DNA of 64,000 nt from Camelus ferus (taxonomy: Eukaryota), in contig NC_045696.1 of assembly GCF_009834535.1 (NCBI RefSeq), forward strand, positions 3,970,001 to 4,034,000. Direction: 5' to 3'. This document shows, in pieces, positions 39,801-51,838 of the stretch (its first letter is position 1; each line of letters opens with the position of its first letter). A program made the position numbers and the translations under genes. The notes below the pieces were generated by a model. That model ran no database searches. It had not been told where the DNA came from and saw nothing but the letters and a program-made list of their open reading frames with translations.

Positions 39801-42800
39801 GTTTTTTAAAAATGCCTGTGAGAAAGTATCTCCTGAGCAAAAGAGGGTAACCAGGTTACCATCCTTGATTTAGTAAAGAAAAGAAACCAGAGCCCTGCTG
39901 AATTTGCACCCCCTGTGGGGTTTCTCCATACTCTCGTCTGCTGAGGGGGAATAGAACTCCAGATGTATAAAGGAAAACCTAAATGTTTTACAGAGTAAAC
40001 AGTGGCGCCGCCTCGGGTCAGTGCTCTAGCTCTATCAGGGCCACGGATTCATAGCGCTGCCTGCTCCTGTTCCCGCCCAGCGAGCTGTGCCGCGTCCCTG
40101 ACTGCACAGGGCGTCATGGTCGTTTCTGACTTTTGAAGGGCCTGCAGGGTATGGTATTCTATGAGGCAGGTTTTTGAAAATCCAATTTGATTTGCAAAAT
40201 TTCCTGCTTGAATACCTGTTCAAGAATGTGTCTTACGCTAAGTTTCTGCAGTCACCGCCCGCTTTCTGACGTCATAGCCTGGCTGTATGCTCGCCGTCTG
40301 GAGATGACTAAGGACAGTCACCTTGGGATCTGTGTCTTTACTGCAATCCCTGATTCTATGCCTATTTGAAAATCAGATGTGATTTTTTTCCCTGCCCGTC
40401 TGTATTTTCAGAAAGTGCAGAATGATCCTGTGTTTACAAACCCCCCCAAGGTTATATTTGTAAAATAACCCAGAGGCCCTCTTTCCTTCTGTAGGCTATG
40501 ACGATATCTGTAAACAGATCCAGCAATTTGAAAACCAGTATCGTGGCAGAGAGTTGCCGGGGTTTGTGAATTACAAGACGTTTGAGACCATCATCAAAAA
40601 GCAGGTGGAGATTCTGGAAGAGCCGGCTGTCGACATGCTGCACAGAGTAACTGGTGAGTTCTCGGTTTTGCTTTTAGGCGTCTTATTTCTAGGGCCGGGA
40701 AAGGGCAAAGTCAAGCCAGTGCCTCCTTTTGGGGGGTTTTCAGCAGCATCAACAACCCAGCCAGTTTTCCAGATGTCAGCTGGGAGTGCAACAGCTCGTT
40801 CCAGCTCTGCCCACGCAGAGTCAGCCCGGAGCCCACAGCGTCAGGGCTCAGGCCCCGAGACTGCCCACTGCAGGTGGCACCTGCACGGCCGCTGGCTCCT
40901 GTACTTCTGGTTGACCAGCTGTAAATCAGAGTCCCCCTGACCCCTTCCTTGGGCTTGATGATTTTCTAGAACAGCTCACAGGACTCGGGAACATGCTCGA
41001 CTTCCGTTCACTGGCTTGTTGCAGAGGATTTGCTTCCTTTACCAGTTTATTATAAAGGATATTATAAAGTTCCAGATGAAAGAGATACATTGGGTGAGGT
41101 TTGGGCGGGTCCCAAGTGCAGTGCTTCTGTCCTGAGGAGTTGGGGGGAGCTCACCCTCTTGGCACATGGATGTGCTCAGCATTCTGGAAGCTCTCTGAAC
41201 CCTGTCATTAAGGGCTTTTATGGAGGCGACATCAATTTTTAACTCAATTCCCAGCCCCTCACCCACCCTCCGGAGGTTGGGGAGAAGGGGGAGGTCGGAC
41301 TGAATCTTCCAGGCTGCTAACCAGGGCTTGGTCCTTCTGGCGACCTGTCCCCATGCTGGAGCCCTCTAGCGCCACCGAGAGTCACCGCATTAGAACGAGA
41401 GATGCTCCTATCACCCAGGAAATTCTAGGGGACTTAGGAGCCTGTGCTGGGACCCAGGGACAAGGGCCGAGTGTGCTTCTTGTCCTGTGTCACCTCCCTC
41501 CACTCCGCTACTGTGCGTACTTCGCAGCCTCAGTGCACGCTGTTTCTTAAATCTCTGGGAAGTCAGGCTGACGATTAAACAGGTGCTCATTCTGGGAGTG
41601 TTTCTGAGGTTCTGAGGTGCTGTGTGGCCCTGGGGCGGTGTCCCTGCTGTCAGGTACGAGTAGGAAGCTGTGCCCCCCGCCTCCAGCAGAAACGCAGCAG
41701 CCCACAGCGCTGACCGCGCCCTCCCCCTACGTGCTCTGCCCCTTGGTTTCCAAGGTCTCAGCCAGTCTCTTTTCTTTGTTGCCTCCTTGGCTGACACCTT
41801 TTTCGCTCAGGCTTCAACTGTCTCATTTTAGCGCTGAGTGACAGTCATAGTCATTCATAGATCGTGCAGCCAGTGGTGGGGACAGACCCATAGCGGACCA
41901 TTAGGAGGTGCATTTCTAGTAACAGTCTGCCTCTAGGCTTAAGAGCTGTGTAGCAAAATCTGCGGTTGTGTCGTGCTGACCAAGTGTGCATCCTTCATTC
42001 AGTCCTGAAGGAATTTGTAGCACTTCTCGGCTTCCAGTCACAGAAAACATGTCAAAACATTTGTATCTATATATACACACAGATACCTGCTTCTGTTTCG
42101 GAAAGCTGTGATGTGGTGTCGAAGATTTCCAAGCGCAAAGATACTGTCCATCAGACTGAGATAACATTCTGTGAGGAAGACAAATGGAAATAGGAGTTTC
42201 AAAAATAGAAAGAAATAATGTAAACTTTCTGATTGAAATCAGACCTTGTTTGCGTATTTCTTTCAAATGGAGAACGTGGCCATTTTGATTCTATGGTTGT
42301 ATTTAAAAGAGTGATGTGTTTTTCTATAAACTATTGATATATTTGTAATTTACCAGAAATTACACTCTTTGCCACTGTTTATACTTGAGTTAAAATGTTT
42401 TAATGCCAAGTAAATATGCTGGGGACATTTATGTTTTAAAATTCCTCCAGGGAGTTTTTGAGTAAAACATCTCAGCTTCCCCGTTTGGAGAGAAGGGAGG
42501 TTGGAGGGAGGCGGGCGGAGGGCGCTGCTCCTGCCGCTTCACCCTCTGACGTTTCTCACTCTCTGAAGCTCCCGACCCCTTAGCAATGCTTCTCTGTCTC
42601 TCTTTCACCAGATATAGTCCGGCTTGCCTTCACAAATGTTTCAGAAAACACATTTTAACGAGGTTTTTCAACCTCCACAGAACTGCCAAGGTAAAACCAA
42701 CCTTACGTTATTTTTTTTAATTAAAAAAAATGTAGGCCTGGCACTAGGGACGAGATTTCTTAGGTTAAGACTGTTGATTCTTTATCGCGTATTTGGAGAA

Positions 42801-45017
42801 AGAAATCGCGAAGCTCAGTAGTGACTCTAACGATGTGACCAGTGCGTCAAGAGAATCCACAAACAACATGTTGAATCACAGGAGCACGAGAGAGCCGTCC
42901 TGAGTGTAGAGCGTTGTCACGTCTGGAGAATGTGGCCCTGAGTGCGGAGGCCCACTGAGGCAGCCACGGGTAAACCTGCCATCCTTGTGGGGAGGGAGGT
43001 CAGCGGTGGAGCCTGTGCTTAGCCTGCATGCTTGTCCTGGGTCAAACCCCAGTAACTCCCTTAAAAAATGTTTTTAAGTGATGTTTCAAGAATGAAGAAA
43101 GAGAGCAAAGGGCAACGAGGCCCCCCTCCCCCGCCAATCAGCCCGGAGAGCTGAGCCGGCTGCCCTCGGAGCCTGGGTCCCTGGTCCTGCCTCGGGCACC
43201 ACCGCACTTCCTCCTCCCCGTGCAGGGCCTGGCAGTGGCAGGCCCAGGTGCCGGCTGCCTTCCCACTGTCCCTCCCCCGGGGCAAGGGGGGCTGGAGGGG
43301 AGAGCTCTCTGGTGTCTCTTCTTCCAGGGGCTGCATCCATTTTCAGGGCTCCTCTCTCACCGCCCAGACCCACCCCCCCCCAAGACCCCGCCTCCAGGTG
43401 CCCTCACACTGCAGATGAGGCTTTCAACACTGAAGTTGTGCCCCTAGCACCCAGCACCCCAGCACCCCGCACTCTGGGGAAGACTGGCTCTGCCTTTCCC
43501 AAGCCGGAGCTCTTGGGGCCACTTAACCTGCCTGGCCTGACGCTCCTCACCCACAAAATGGGAGTAAGAATGACCTTCTTCCGTAGCCCTCCTACACTGC
43601 GGGTGGGAGTGCAGTTTGCTGCAGTCCTCCTGGGAAACAGTATGGACTTTCCATGAAAAAAACAAAAACAGACTTACCCTGTGCTCCAGCCATCCCACTT
43701 CTGGGCGTATATCGAGAGGGAACTCTAACTGGAAAAAATGCACGCACCCCAATGTTCACAGCAGCACTATTTACAACAGCTAAGACATGGAAGCAACCTA
43801 AATGTCCATTGAAAGATAATGGATAAAGAAATTGTGGCATATGTACACAATGGAATACTACTCAGCCATAAAAAGAATAAAATAATTCCATTTTCAGAGT
43901 CGTGGATCTAAGATTCTAAAAAAAATGCGACAACTGACTTATTTAGAAAGCAAAACAGACCCAGAGACATAGAAGACAAAATTGTGGTTATGAGGTGGGG
44001 GACGGGGAGGCAGGGATAATTGGGGAGGTCAGCATTTCCAGGTGCACACTATTATATAGAAAATAGGTAAACGCCAAAGTCGTACTGTGTAGCACAAGGA
44101 ATTATATTCAACCCCTTGTAATAGCCTATAATAAAAAGAATATGAAAAGGAATATATGTATATATATATAACTGAATCACTATGTTGTGCACCAGAAATT
44201 AACACAACATTGTAAGCAAACCATATTTCTATAAAAAAAAAAAAAGGCCTCCTTCAGAAGTTTGTACTGAACATAGAAGAAAAGGTTTAGGATGCACCTG
44301 GCATCACACATCACCCTCAGTGGTACCCAGTGAAGTCTGTGGGTCCAGATTCCTTCTGGCTGAAGGGTTTCCTCCTGGCTCTCTGGCAGCCAGTTTCTCT
44401 GAACTCCAGAATATGAAATGTATGTGATTTCCCGATTTAAATCTGGCCCCCACTTATGCCTGTGAGCTCTCTGGTAGAAAAACACTCTTCCTTGTCAGAT
44501 GGAAAGATTGTAAAAGAGAAAGGAGGCTGGAAATGAGACCTGAGAACAGAGCCCGCACTGGTCCCTGGCCCTGGGGCTAAGGGGTCTGGTCACCCGTGCG
44601 GCTCGGGCTTCCTGGGGAATTCTGACCTCCACCAGGGGCGGGAGCCCACCTTGGAGAAGTCCCACATCGGGCATAAATTGGCACCTGCTGGGGGTGGCCC
44701 TTGCAGAGGACTTATTTTCTTCCGACCGCTTGATTCATTCCATAGGGAAATGTTGTCATGTTTCTCTTTCGCCGTAGTCCAAAGTTGAGGACATTAAATT
44801 AGATCTAGAAAATGAAGCTGAGAAGCTGATCCGATTACACTTCCAAATGGAGCAGATCATCTACTGCCAGGACAAGGTGTACCGGGGTGCGCTGCAGAAG
44901 GCCAGGGAGAAGGAGGCCGAAGAAGAAAAGAACAAAAAATCAAAGCATTCTATTTCGACCCTCACTGAGGACCCCTCCATAGCTGAGGTCGTTCAGCACC
45001 TGACCGCCTACCACGAG
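21858..45017 (+). CDS. MX1: MX1 (MxA) copy A, coding exons 1-12 of 13; frameshift in exon 11, last exon missing (gap)
   Basis: Exon sizes 105/193/138/155/139/199/79/123/142/159/79(expected 77)/240. G1 GDQSSGKS, dynamin signature LPRGSGIVTR, G3 DLPG, G4 TKPD and stalk [12 protein letters not shown] are present. Confidence 0.93.
22890..23090. mobile_element. MER5-like DNA transposon remnant
   Basis: cagagtgtggcccccagacctgcagcatcag...ccctccaggggattct...ctaaagtttgag; second copy at ~46865-47065. Confidence 0.6.
24115..24290. mobile_element. MER20-like DNA transposon remnant
   Basis: ggttctcagctggggg..ttttgcccc..tggcaacgtctggaggcatttt..ttgccacaact; copy at ~48100-48275. Confidence 0.6.
24395..26075 (-). 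mobile_element. Old LINE-1 (L1M) fragments, antisense, in MX1 intron
   Basis: T-rich L1 reverse-strand text (tttgcaaatatgttcttcc..ctgtggcttgtctttt..; ttgcattgtttcc..gaatctgctg..); copy at ~48380-50057. Confidence 0.7.
26138..26330 (+). CDS. MX1: MX1 coding exon 2 (P-loop GDQSSGKS)
   Basis: cag/GGG ... G/gtaag, 193 nt. Confidence 0.95.
27406..27543 (+). CDS. MX1: MX1 coding exon 3 ([13 protein letters not shown]...)
   Basis: ctag/GT ... G/gtaag, 138 nt. Confidence 0.93.
27780..27925 (+). mobile_element. L1 3' terminus with (GT)17 microsatellite
   Basis: aaaaggaatata...(gt)n...tgaatca..gctatacaccagaaattaacacattgtaaattgactat; the GT tract is 27824-27857. Confidence 0.75.
28635..29060. mobile_element. 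MLT1-like MaLR LTR remnant
   Basis: tatcagttagc..ttgctgtgtaa...tattagccaaagaaagtcacgtg..gagccca. Confidence 0.5.
30046..30200 (+). CDS. MX1: MX1 coding exon 4 ([15 protein letters not shown])
   Basis: ccag/CC ... CAG/gtgag, 155 nt. Confidence 0.95.
30832..30970 (+). CDS. MX1: MX1 coding exon 5 ([10 protein letters not shown])
   Basis: acag/ATC ... G/gtaag, 139 nt. Confidence 0.95.
32568..32766 (+). CDS. MX1: MX1 coding exon 6 ([11 protein letters not shown])
   Basis: gcag/GA ... AG/gtac, 199 nt. Confidence 0.95.
33800..34350 (+). mobile_element. L1M 3' end
   Basis: gttcgcagcagcgttcttcacaatagc...aaaaggaaggaaattctgacac...gatggtcgcacaacaatgtaa...ggttaaatggtg; a related older piece lies at ~31250-31660. 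Confidence 0.8.
34989..35067 (+). CDS. MX1: MX1 coding exon 7 ([18 protein letters not shown])
   Basis: gcag/G ... TGT/gtaag, 79 nt. Confidence 0.93.
36544..36666 (+). CDS. MX1: MX1 coding exon 8 ([16 protein letters not shown])
   Basis: tcag/AAA ... GAG/gtgag, 123 nt. Confidence 0.93.
37036..37177 (+). CDS. MX1: MX1 coding exon 9 ([17 protein letters not shown])
   Basis: acag/AAA ... G/gtgag, 142 nt. Confidence 0.93.
38275..39810 (+). mobile_element. L1M 3' region interrupted by an MLT1 LTR (~39080-39445)
   Basis: L1 text (aaactcttagaagaaaacatagg...gaaatgcaaaatc...tcaactgatgaatggataagcaaa) resumes at ~39445 after the MLT1-type insert (ctagggctgtcgta..caacagaagtttaattt..ggaggctggacgtccaagatcaag); copy at ~62235-63780. 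Confidence 0.75.
40495..40653 (+). CDS. MX1: MX1 coding exon 10 ([15 protein letters not shown])
   Basis: gtag/GC ... G/gtgag, 159 nt. Confidence 0.93.
40720..41490. mobile_element. MER21-like LTR remnant
   Basis: cagctggg...gaccagctgtaaatcagag...ccttgggcttgat..ttctagaacagctcacag..tttaccagtttattataaagga. Confidence 0.55.
42612..42690 (+). CDS. MX1: MX1 coding exon 11 ([19 protein letters not shown]), two apparent 1-nt insertions
   Basis: ccag/AT ... AAG/gtaaa. It is 79 nt versus 77 for the paralogous MX2 exon, with an in-frame TAA at 42656-42658 as assembled. Confidence 0.88.
43590..44245 (+). mobile_element. Lineage-specific L1 3' end with poly(A) tail
   Basis: tgttcacagcagcactatttacaacagc...ggaatactactcagccataaaaaga...actgtgtagcacaagg..aactgaatcactatg..accagaaattaacacaacattgtaa + A-tract. 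Confidence 0.85.
44778..45017 (+). CDS. MX1: MX1 coding exon 12 containing loop L4
   Basis: gtag/TCC ... GAG/gtgag, 240 nt; SKVEDIK...YCQDKVY...QHLTAYHE. Confidence 0.93.
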
Positions 45018-45299
45018 GTGAGTCGGCGAGTGTCTGAGAAAGGTGCTGTTCGCCTGTTCCCTTGTGTGTGAATGCCTCTCCCTTCATTCCTGTTGTCTGT
45101 GCAAGGGGACCACCAGCTCCACGGTTCAGTCCTTGGTGAACCTCCGAGGAGCAGCTCCATCGGATAGATGAGAAGCCTGTGACTCGTGTCTGGTTTTGCT
45201 GGCTGTGTGTCCTGGCCAAGTTGCTTAACCTCTCTGAGCCTCAGCTTTCTTTCTTCTCTGTAAAACGGTGTCTCCGCTCAGGGTTCTTGTGGATCGTCA

Positions 45300-45399
45300 N
45301 NNNNNNNNNNNNNNNNNNNNNNNNNNNNNNNNNNNNNNNNNNNNNNNNNNNNNNNNNNNNNNNNNNNNNNNNNNNNNNNNNNNNNNNNNNNNNNNNNNN
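45300..45399. other. Assembly gap (100 N)
   Basis: Run of 100 N where the last MX1 exon would be expected. Confidence 1.
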
Positions 45400-48300
45400 T
45401 AAATCATCATAATATTTAGAATCCGTCGTCTCCATTGGAAAGAGCTTTATAATACTTTTATTTTTACATGTAAATTTTAAAATGCATCAGAGATTTCATC
45501 CTTTGCCACAATTTACATTTATGGTGAAAACTCTTTTGACGTACAGTGTAGAATCGTGACGGGACCTGCAGAACTTCAAAACCTCTTTTTGGGGTCTGGA
45601 AGCATACATGCCCTTGAGGAGAGTCGAGCCAGGAGAGAGCATTTGCCCTCATCTGACATTTGGCTCCGTGGAATTGTCCTGTCGTTGGTTTATCAGTCAG
45701 CAGGGAATGAATGGGCCCCGCTGTGTCCCAGCGTGTCCCCTGGGGGTTTGGCTCCGTGACTGAAGGTACCTGTCTTCTGAGTTGTGCTGATGCTCACCTA
45801 CTTGATTTTAAGCTGATCCAGTAAAGGAAGAAGATGGTTTATTCTGACTCGGAAAACAAAGAATTTGATTCAGCTTCTGCATCCAGTCATGCGTCACTAA
45901 ATGGAAATGATGACATGGTGGAGAAAAATCAGGAAACAGTAAGTTGATGCCTGAAAACCACTAAGTGCGTGGACACGAGCTGTGTCCATCTGAGGGCTGC
46001 CGGTGCGGACAGCGACGCCCTGGCCGCCCGGGGCTGCCTGCTGCCACATCTCTCCTGGGCAGGATGTGGGTGCAAATGCTCTCAAGGAACTCATGCTGCT
46101 TGGGCCCTTCTTGCAGCCAGATGTAGCCAGTGTTTTGCTTTAGCTGATGCTGGTTGGGATTGGATTTTGTTCTGGGAGAGCAGGCAGGGTGCTGAATGGC
46201 TGGTGTAGGAATTGGTCCCGCGCAATGGGTCCAAGGAGCCCTGTGTTCTCACATGCATACGTCGTGGTTCAGTCTCCAGCGCAAAACTCTGAGGTGTCCC
46301 TGTGACCCCCCCTCACCGTGAAGCCACCTGATAGCTTTCTTCCCAAAATCACGTCACATGTTTGCGGGAAGCAAACTTGGCCTCCGGAATCAGTGCAACC
46401 CGAATCTGACCCGAGTGCTGCCACTTTCCTCTTTATGAGCTTGGGCGGTTATTTCTCCCTTTAGACGCCTGGCTTTTCATCTCTAAAGTGAGGAAGATTT
46501 TAGGATTTACTTTGTGTGGCTTTTGGAGGACTCGGGTACAGGCTGGGCGCTTAGAAAGAGCTCTGTATCTTGCTGTCATGTGTTGTAAAGCTGTAGCTCT
46601 TCAGCCCTTTCTAGGTGACTCCATGTTCTTAACCAGTGTTTAACACTATTTTAAACTATATTAGAAAGCACAGTGAAGGGCGTAGAAAACTGAGAAGGAC
46701 CCGCACTTTGCGCCCCCCGGTGTAACTGTCGTCTCCTGCCTGGCCGTGCCGGGCCCGGGGCAGTCGGAACCGCCCGGCTCACACTCACGCGTCTGGATGT
46801 AGCTGGGCCTCCTCCAGCAGCTAGAGCAGGCGTGTCCTGGGCGCAGCAGCCCCACTTCTAGGTGCAGAGCTTGGTCCTCAGAGTGTGGCCCCCAGACCTG
46901 CAGCATCAGAGTCCCCGGGGAAGCTCAGAGTGTAAATGAGCACCCTCACACATTCTGCCCCCGGACCTAGTGAACTAGACATTTCCGAGGCGGGGCCCGG
47001 CATCTATGCTTTACCAGACCCTCCAGGGGATTCTCCTTTGTGCTAAAGTTTGAGCAGCACTTTGCCATGTTCATACAGCGTCGAGTATGCACAAACCCGG
47101 AGTCCCCCCCGGGGGAGTGCGTGCACAGGTCGGCCCGCCCGTGCGGCAGGGTTCCCAGGAGCAGCGCGCGGACTCAGCTGGCGTCCAGGCGACCAGGGTG
47201 GCTGAGTCTAACCACCAACGCTGAACCCTAGAAGCACGTCCCGGAAGAGGTATACTCTGTGATCCCACTTATATGAGGTTCCCCAGCAGGCAACCGTGAG
47301 CCACGTACTGCTCAGCGAAGGATGGACTGGGGGTGAGAGCTGCGCTGAGGAGCAGGAAGGAGGTTCTCACAAGCCCTAGAGCAGAGCGCCCCCTGGGGGT
47401 GAAGGGGATTCAGGAGGAAGGGGCCTGGGGAGGGGAGGTGGAGAGTCCTCAGCGCTGGGAATGCCGGCTTTCTCAAGCCAGCTGGCTGGTACTGCATTTT
47501 TGCCAATTCTCGCTCATGTGTTATAAACTCTTGTGAATGGGCGGTACAGAAGTGAAAAGGAAAGGCCCCCACGAGGAGGACTGGGACTGAGGCCGCTGGC
47601 GAGTGTCAAGTTTCAGCCAGGTTTCTGCGGAGAGGCCATGGGCGGCTGGGCCCCAGTCCTTTCTTAAGTGTTGTTACTGAGAACAGTTGTAGAGGGCACT
47701 TGCTACAAATGGCAAAGAGGACGGTATTCACGTGTATTGCAATAGGGGAGAAAGACTGAGCTCACCGTGGATACCAGGAAAGTTGGGGGTGGGGGGCAGT
47801 GCGCAGGGTGGGGAGGGGAAGTGGGGGTGGGGGAAGGGGAGAGTGGGGGTGGGGGAGAGTGGGTAGGGGGAGGGACCTGATTAGCTCGCAGGGGTGACGG
47901 GGTGCTGGATGAGCTGGCTTAGCTCCATTCCTGGCTATGTGTGGGTGCAGCAGGCCAAGGTGGGGCCTAGTGGAGAGGAAGGCTCACAGGAGCCCCACTG
48001 AAGTTCACTCAAGGAGCCCCTGTCGGGGGTGCCCCCTTCTCTGCTGAGTGTCCTCAGCATTCCCTGCAGATGAGATGGGGCGCTCAGACATTCCGTAAGG
48101 AGGGGGTTCTCAGCTGGGGGCACTTTTGCCCCTTGGAGCACCTGGCAACGTCTGGAGGCATTTTCGTTGCCACAACTCGGAGTGAGCGGTGGACAGCGGC
48201 CAGGCGCGATGCCAGCCCTGCTGCAAGGCCCGGGACGGCCCCACCGCAGACACGTCTCTGGTCCGAATGTTAGTGCCTTCTCACCATGATCCGAAGGGCT

Positions 48301-51300
48301 GTTCTAGCAAAAGTGAATTAGATTACAGCAAACACACAAAAATTGAAGTTGGAAAGAAAGAGGCCAATGTCAAAATGATTGTTTCACATTTTCTTTTCAA
48401 CTGAGGGTGTTTGTTTGCTTGTTGCTGAGTTGTGAGTGTTGTCACGTGTGCAGAGCCTTTGTCAGATGCAGGCTTTGCAAATATGTTCTTCCTGACTGTG
48501 GCTTGTCTTTCATTTGCTTAACAGCGTCTTTTGAAGATCATACATTTTCAATTGTGGTAAAGGCCAATTTACCAGGTGGTTCTTTTATGGGTTGTACTTT
48601 GGGGCCATGTATAAGAAATCTTTGCCCAACCCAGAGTCAGAAAGATTTTTCTCCTGTGTTTTATTCTGGAAGTTCTGTAGGTTTAAGTTTTGCATTTCGG
48701 TCTATGATCTGTTTTGAGTTATTTTTCGTGTATGATGTAAAACACAGATTCACGGTCATTTTTTCTGCATATAGATAGTCAGTTACCCCAGTGCCATGAG
48801 TGGAAGGGATTACCTTTGTTCCGCAGCATTGCCCTTGCACTGTGGTCAAAACCCAGTTGTTCACGTACGTATCAGTTCATTCCTGGAACGTGTGCTCTGT
48901 TCCGTTGATCTCTTTCTCCATTTTTGCACCAGCCTCACAGTGTTTTGGTTGCTACAGCGTTGTAGTAATTATGGGAATCAGGTAGTTTGAGCCTCCAGCT
49001 GTGTTCTTCCTTTTCAGTGTCATGTGCCGTTGTAGGCGTCTGTAGACTTTTTATGTTTACCTTGCTTGTTAATATGATTAGACTTGGAAAGATCACTTTG
49101 CTTTTTGTTTTCCACATATATTTGTCTTTTACTTAATTTCTTCTATCCTCTTTTGAATTAATCCTGCCTTCTTTTGAATTAATCAAGTTTTTGTGAGTGT
49201 GTGTGTGTGATTCCATCTTACCTCCCTTATGGACCTACTGAGTGTAATGGTGTCAGGGAACACATTGTGCGTCTTTAACATATCAAATGTGCCTTCTGAT
49301 GCTGCTCTGCTTCTTCACGTGCAACGTGAGAACCTTACATTAGCGTGCCTCCATTTCTGTCCTCTCACCGTTCATGCTGCTTTTATCATGACAGTTAATT
49401 TTACTAATATATTAAACCCCACTGTATATTGTCATTACTTTTGTTCAAATAGTGAAATGTCTTTTGAAGATATTTAAGTAATAAAAAAGTACATTTGTCA
49501 CTGCTTGTGATGTAAGTTTTTTGGTGTGGATTCAGATTTTACTCAACGGCCCTTTCCCTCCAGTTGACCATCCGTGTTGCCGTTCCCTGTAGGGCAGGTC
49601 CGCTGATGACGTAGTCACTGACCCGTGTGCGTCCAAAGCAGTGCTTCGTCACTTTCCTCCCGGGGAGATCTTTTTGCTCGGTGGGGAATCCTAGGTTGAT
49701 GGTTTTCGTCAGCACTTTAAAAACGCTGTGCCACTGTCTTCCGACTTGCATTGTTTCCAGCGCGGAATCTGCTGTGAATCTCACTTGTGCGCCTCTGCGT
49801 GTAACCTGTCATGTTCTGGCTGCTTCACACACTTTCCCTTTATCTCTGGCTTTGAGCAATTTGTCGGTCATGTGCCCCGATGTCACTTACTTTACGTTTT
49901 TTATGCTTCTGGTTCGTTGAGCTTTTTGGATCTTCAGGTCAATAATCTTCACCAGGCTTGGGTAAATTCTAGCTGTTATTTCTTCAAACAGTTATTTCTG
50001 TTTCAGTCCCACTCTCTTTGGGGAACCCGAATCACCTGTATATTTGAGGCTGATTGAATTGTCCCTCTCTGGAACATGACCTGCAGATATGACAAAAGTC
50101 TCCACCTGTCCTCCCCCAGGGCCCGAGAACAACCTGTACAGCCAGTACGAGGAGAAGATTCGGCCGTGCATCGACCCGTCGACTCCCTGCGGGCCCTGGG
50201 CGTGGAGCAGGACCTGGCCCTGCCCGCCATCGCCGTCATCGGGGACCAGAGCTCGGGCAAGAGCTCCGTGCTGGAGGCGCTGTCGGGGGCGCCCTTCCCC
50301 GAGGCAGCGGTAAGCCCTTGGCCTCGTGTTCCTCCGCCGAGGCTGCCGCGACAGCAACCTCAGAGGGCGTGGAAGCGCGAGCGGCATAGGCTCAGCGCTC
50401 TGCCTGTTCTGACCCGCGCCGCGCTGCGGCGGGCGCTCCTTCGCTCTTCCGCCCTTCGGCCTGTCCTCTCCGCGGCTCACAGAGAGCCGGCCTCCTTGTG
50501 GCTTCACGTGGCCTCTTCTCTGCGTGCAGCGTGTCTGGCTTCTCGTCCTCTTTTATAAGGATGCCAGCATGTTGCTAGGGCCCCACTTTAGGACCTCGTT
50601 TAATGTTAATTGACTCTTTAAGGAGAGACGCCCATCTCCAAGTACAGTCGCGCTGGGCGTGCGGGCTTCTACTGGGACGTTGTGGGGGATGGAATTCAGG
50701 CAGTAACCCCCCTCATCGCAGAGTGTGGACTGTCTGCAACCTGCAGGGTGGAGGGCTGTTGAATGTATGTGGGACCCCAGCCTCGAATGCTCTGCATGTT
50801 GCTGCCTTTCCCTTGAGCCCCTTCCCAGGAGGTGACCCTCCGTCCGGGGGTAAAGGTTAGTGCTCTGGTTAGGGTGCTGCTTGAGCTACGAGGCCAAGGA
50901 TCAGGGAGGCCTCAGGGATGAAGGCCGACCTGGCTGGGTCTTGAAACACAGGTCAGATGTGAAGGCGGGTGGGACCTGGAGTTGTTAGCAAAGGGACGTT
51001 GTGAGGTGGCCTGGTGAGGGGAGTGGGCCTTCCCGATAGGAGCGGGCTGTGTGCGCCTGGGTGGTGGACGATGTCTGCAGACGTTTGGGTTTCCCACTGC
51101 AGTTTGCCTCCTGAGCTGATGGAGACCGCGGGGTGGGGGAGCAGGAGGTCTAGCGTAGCGGCTTCATGCCTCAGTGAGCCAAACGCCACCTGAAATGCCC
51201 AGTCAAGATGCGCAATCTGGAGCCCCTCCAGAAAGAGCGCGGCGGCTGTCAGAGGGTGCGAGCAGCAGGTGTGCAGTTCAGCGGTCCTCCCCAGATGACT

Positions 51301-51796
51301 GTACGGAACTCGGAGAGCCACTGATGTCAGGCCGCCGTACAGGACCGTGGAAGAATATAGATCTGAACGGGAGCGACCTCCTAGGTATTGTTACGAGATT
51401 TCCTCTGGTGCTGAACTGAAAAAACTTGTGAACGAAGATGGATGGAGAGGCAAAGTCAGTTTCCGGGACTACGAGGCCGAGATTTCAGATCCTTTGCAAG
51501 TGGAAAAGGAAGTCAATCAAGGTAAGTGTCCCGTGTTCATCACTTATTTGAACATCTGGTCAACTGGGTGACCTGGGTGGGATCGCCCATCGGTGTTCCC
51601 ACTCTCTCCTTTCTGGGCTTGTCCTGGTCCTTGGGGCACCCTTTCCTTTCCTTCCTCCTTTATATGAGGCCCCCAGCTCCCTTGTATGTTCTCTTCTTTT
51701 ACTTTCATTGTGACCAGTGTTTTGACAGCGACCTGTATTCAATACTTTGTAATGGCTTCTACTGGAAAATAATAGGAAAAGGAATATACATATATA

Positions 51797-51838
<42 letters not shown>

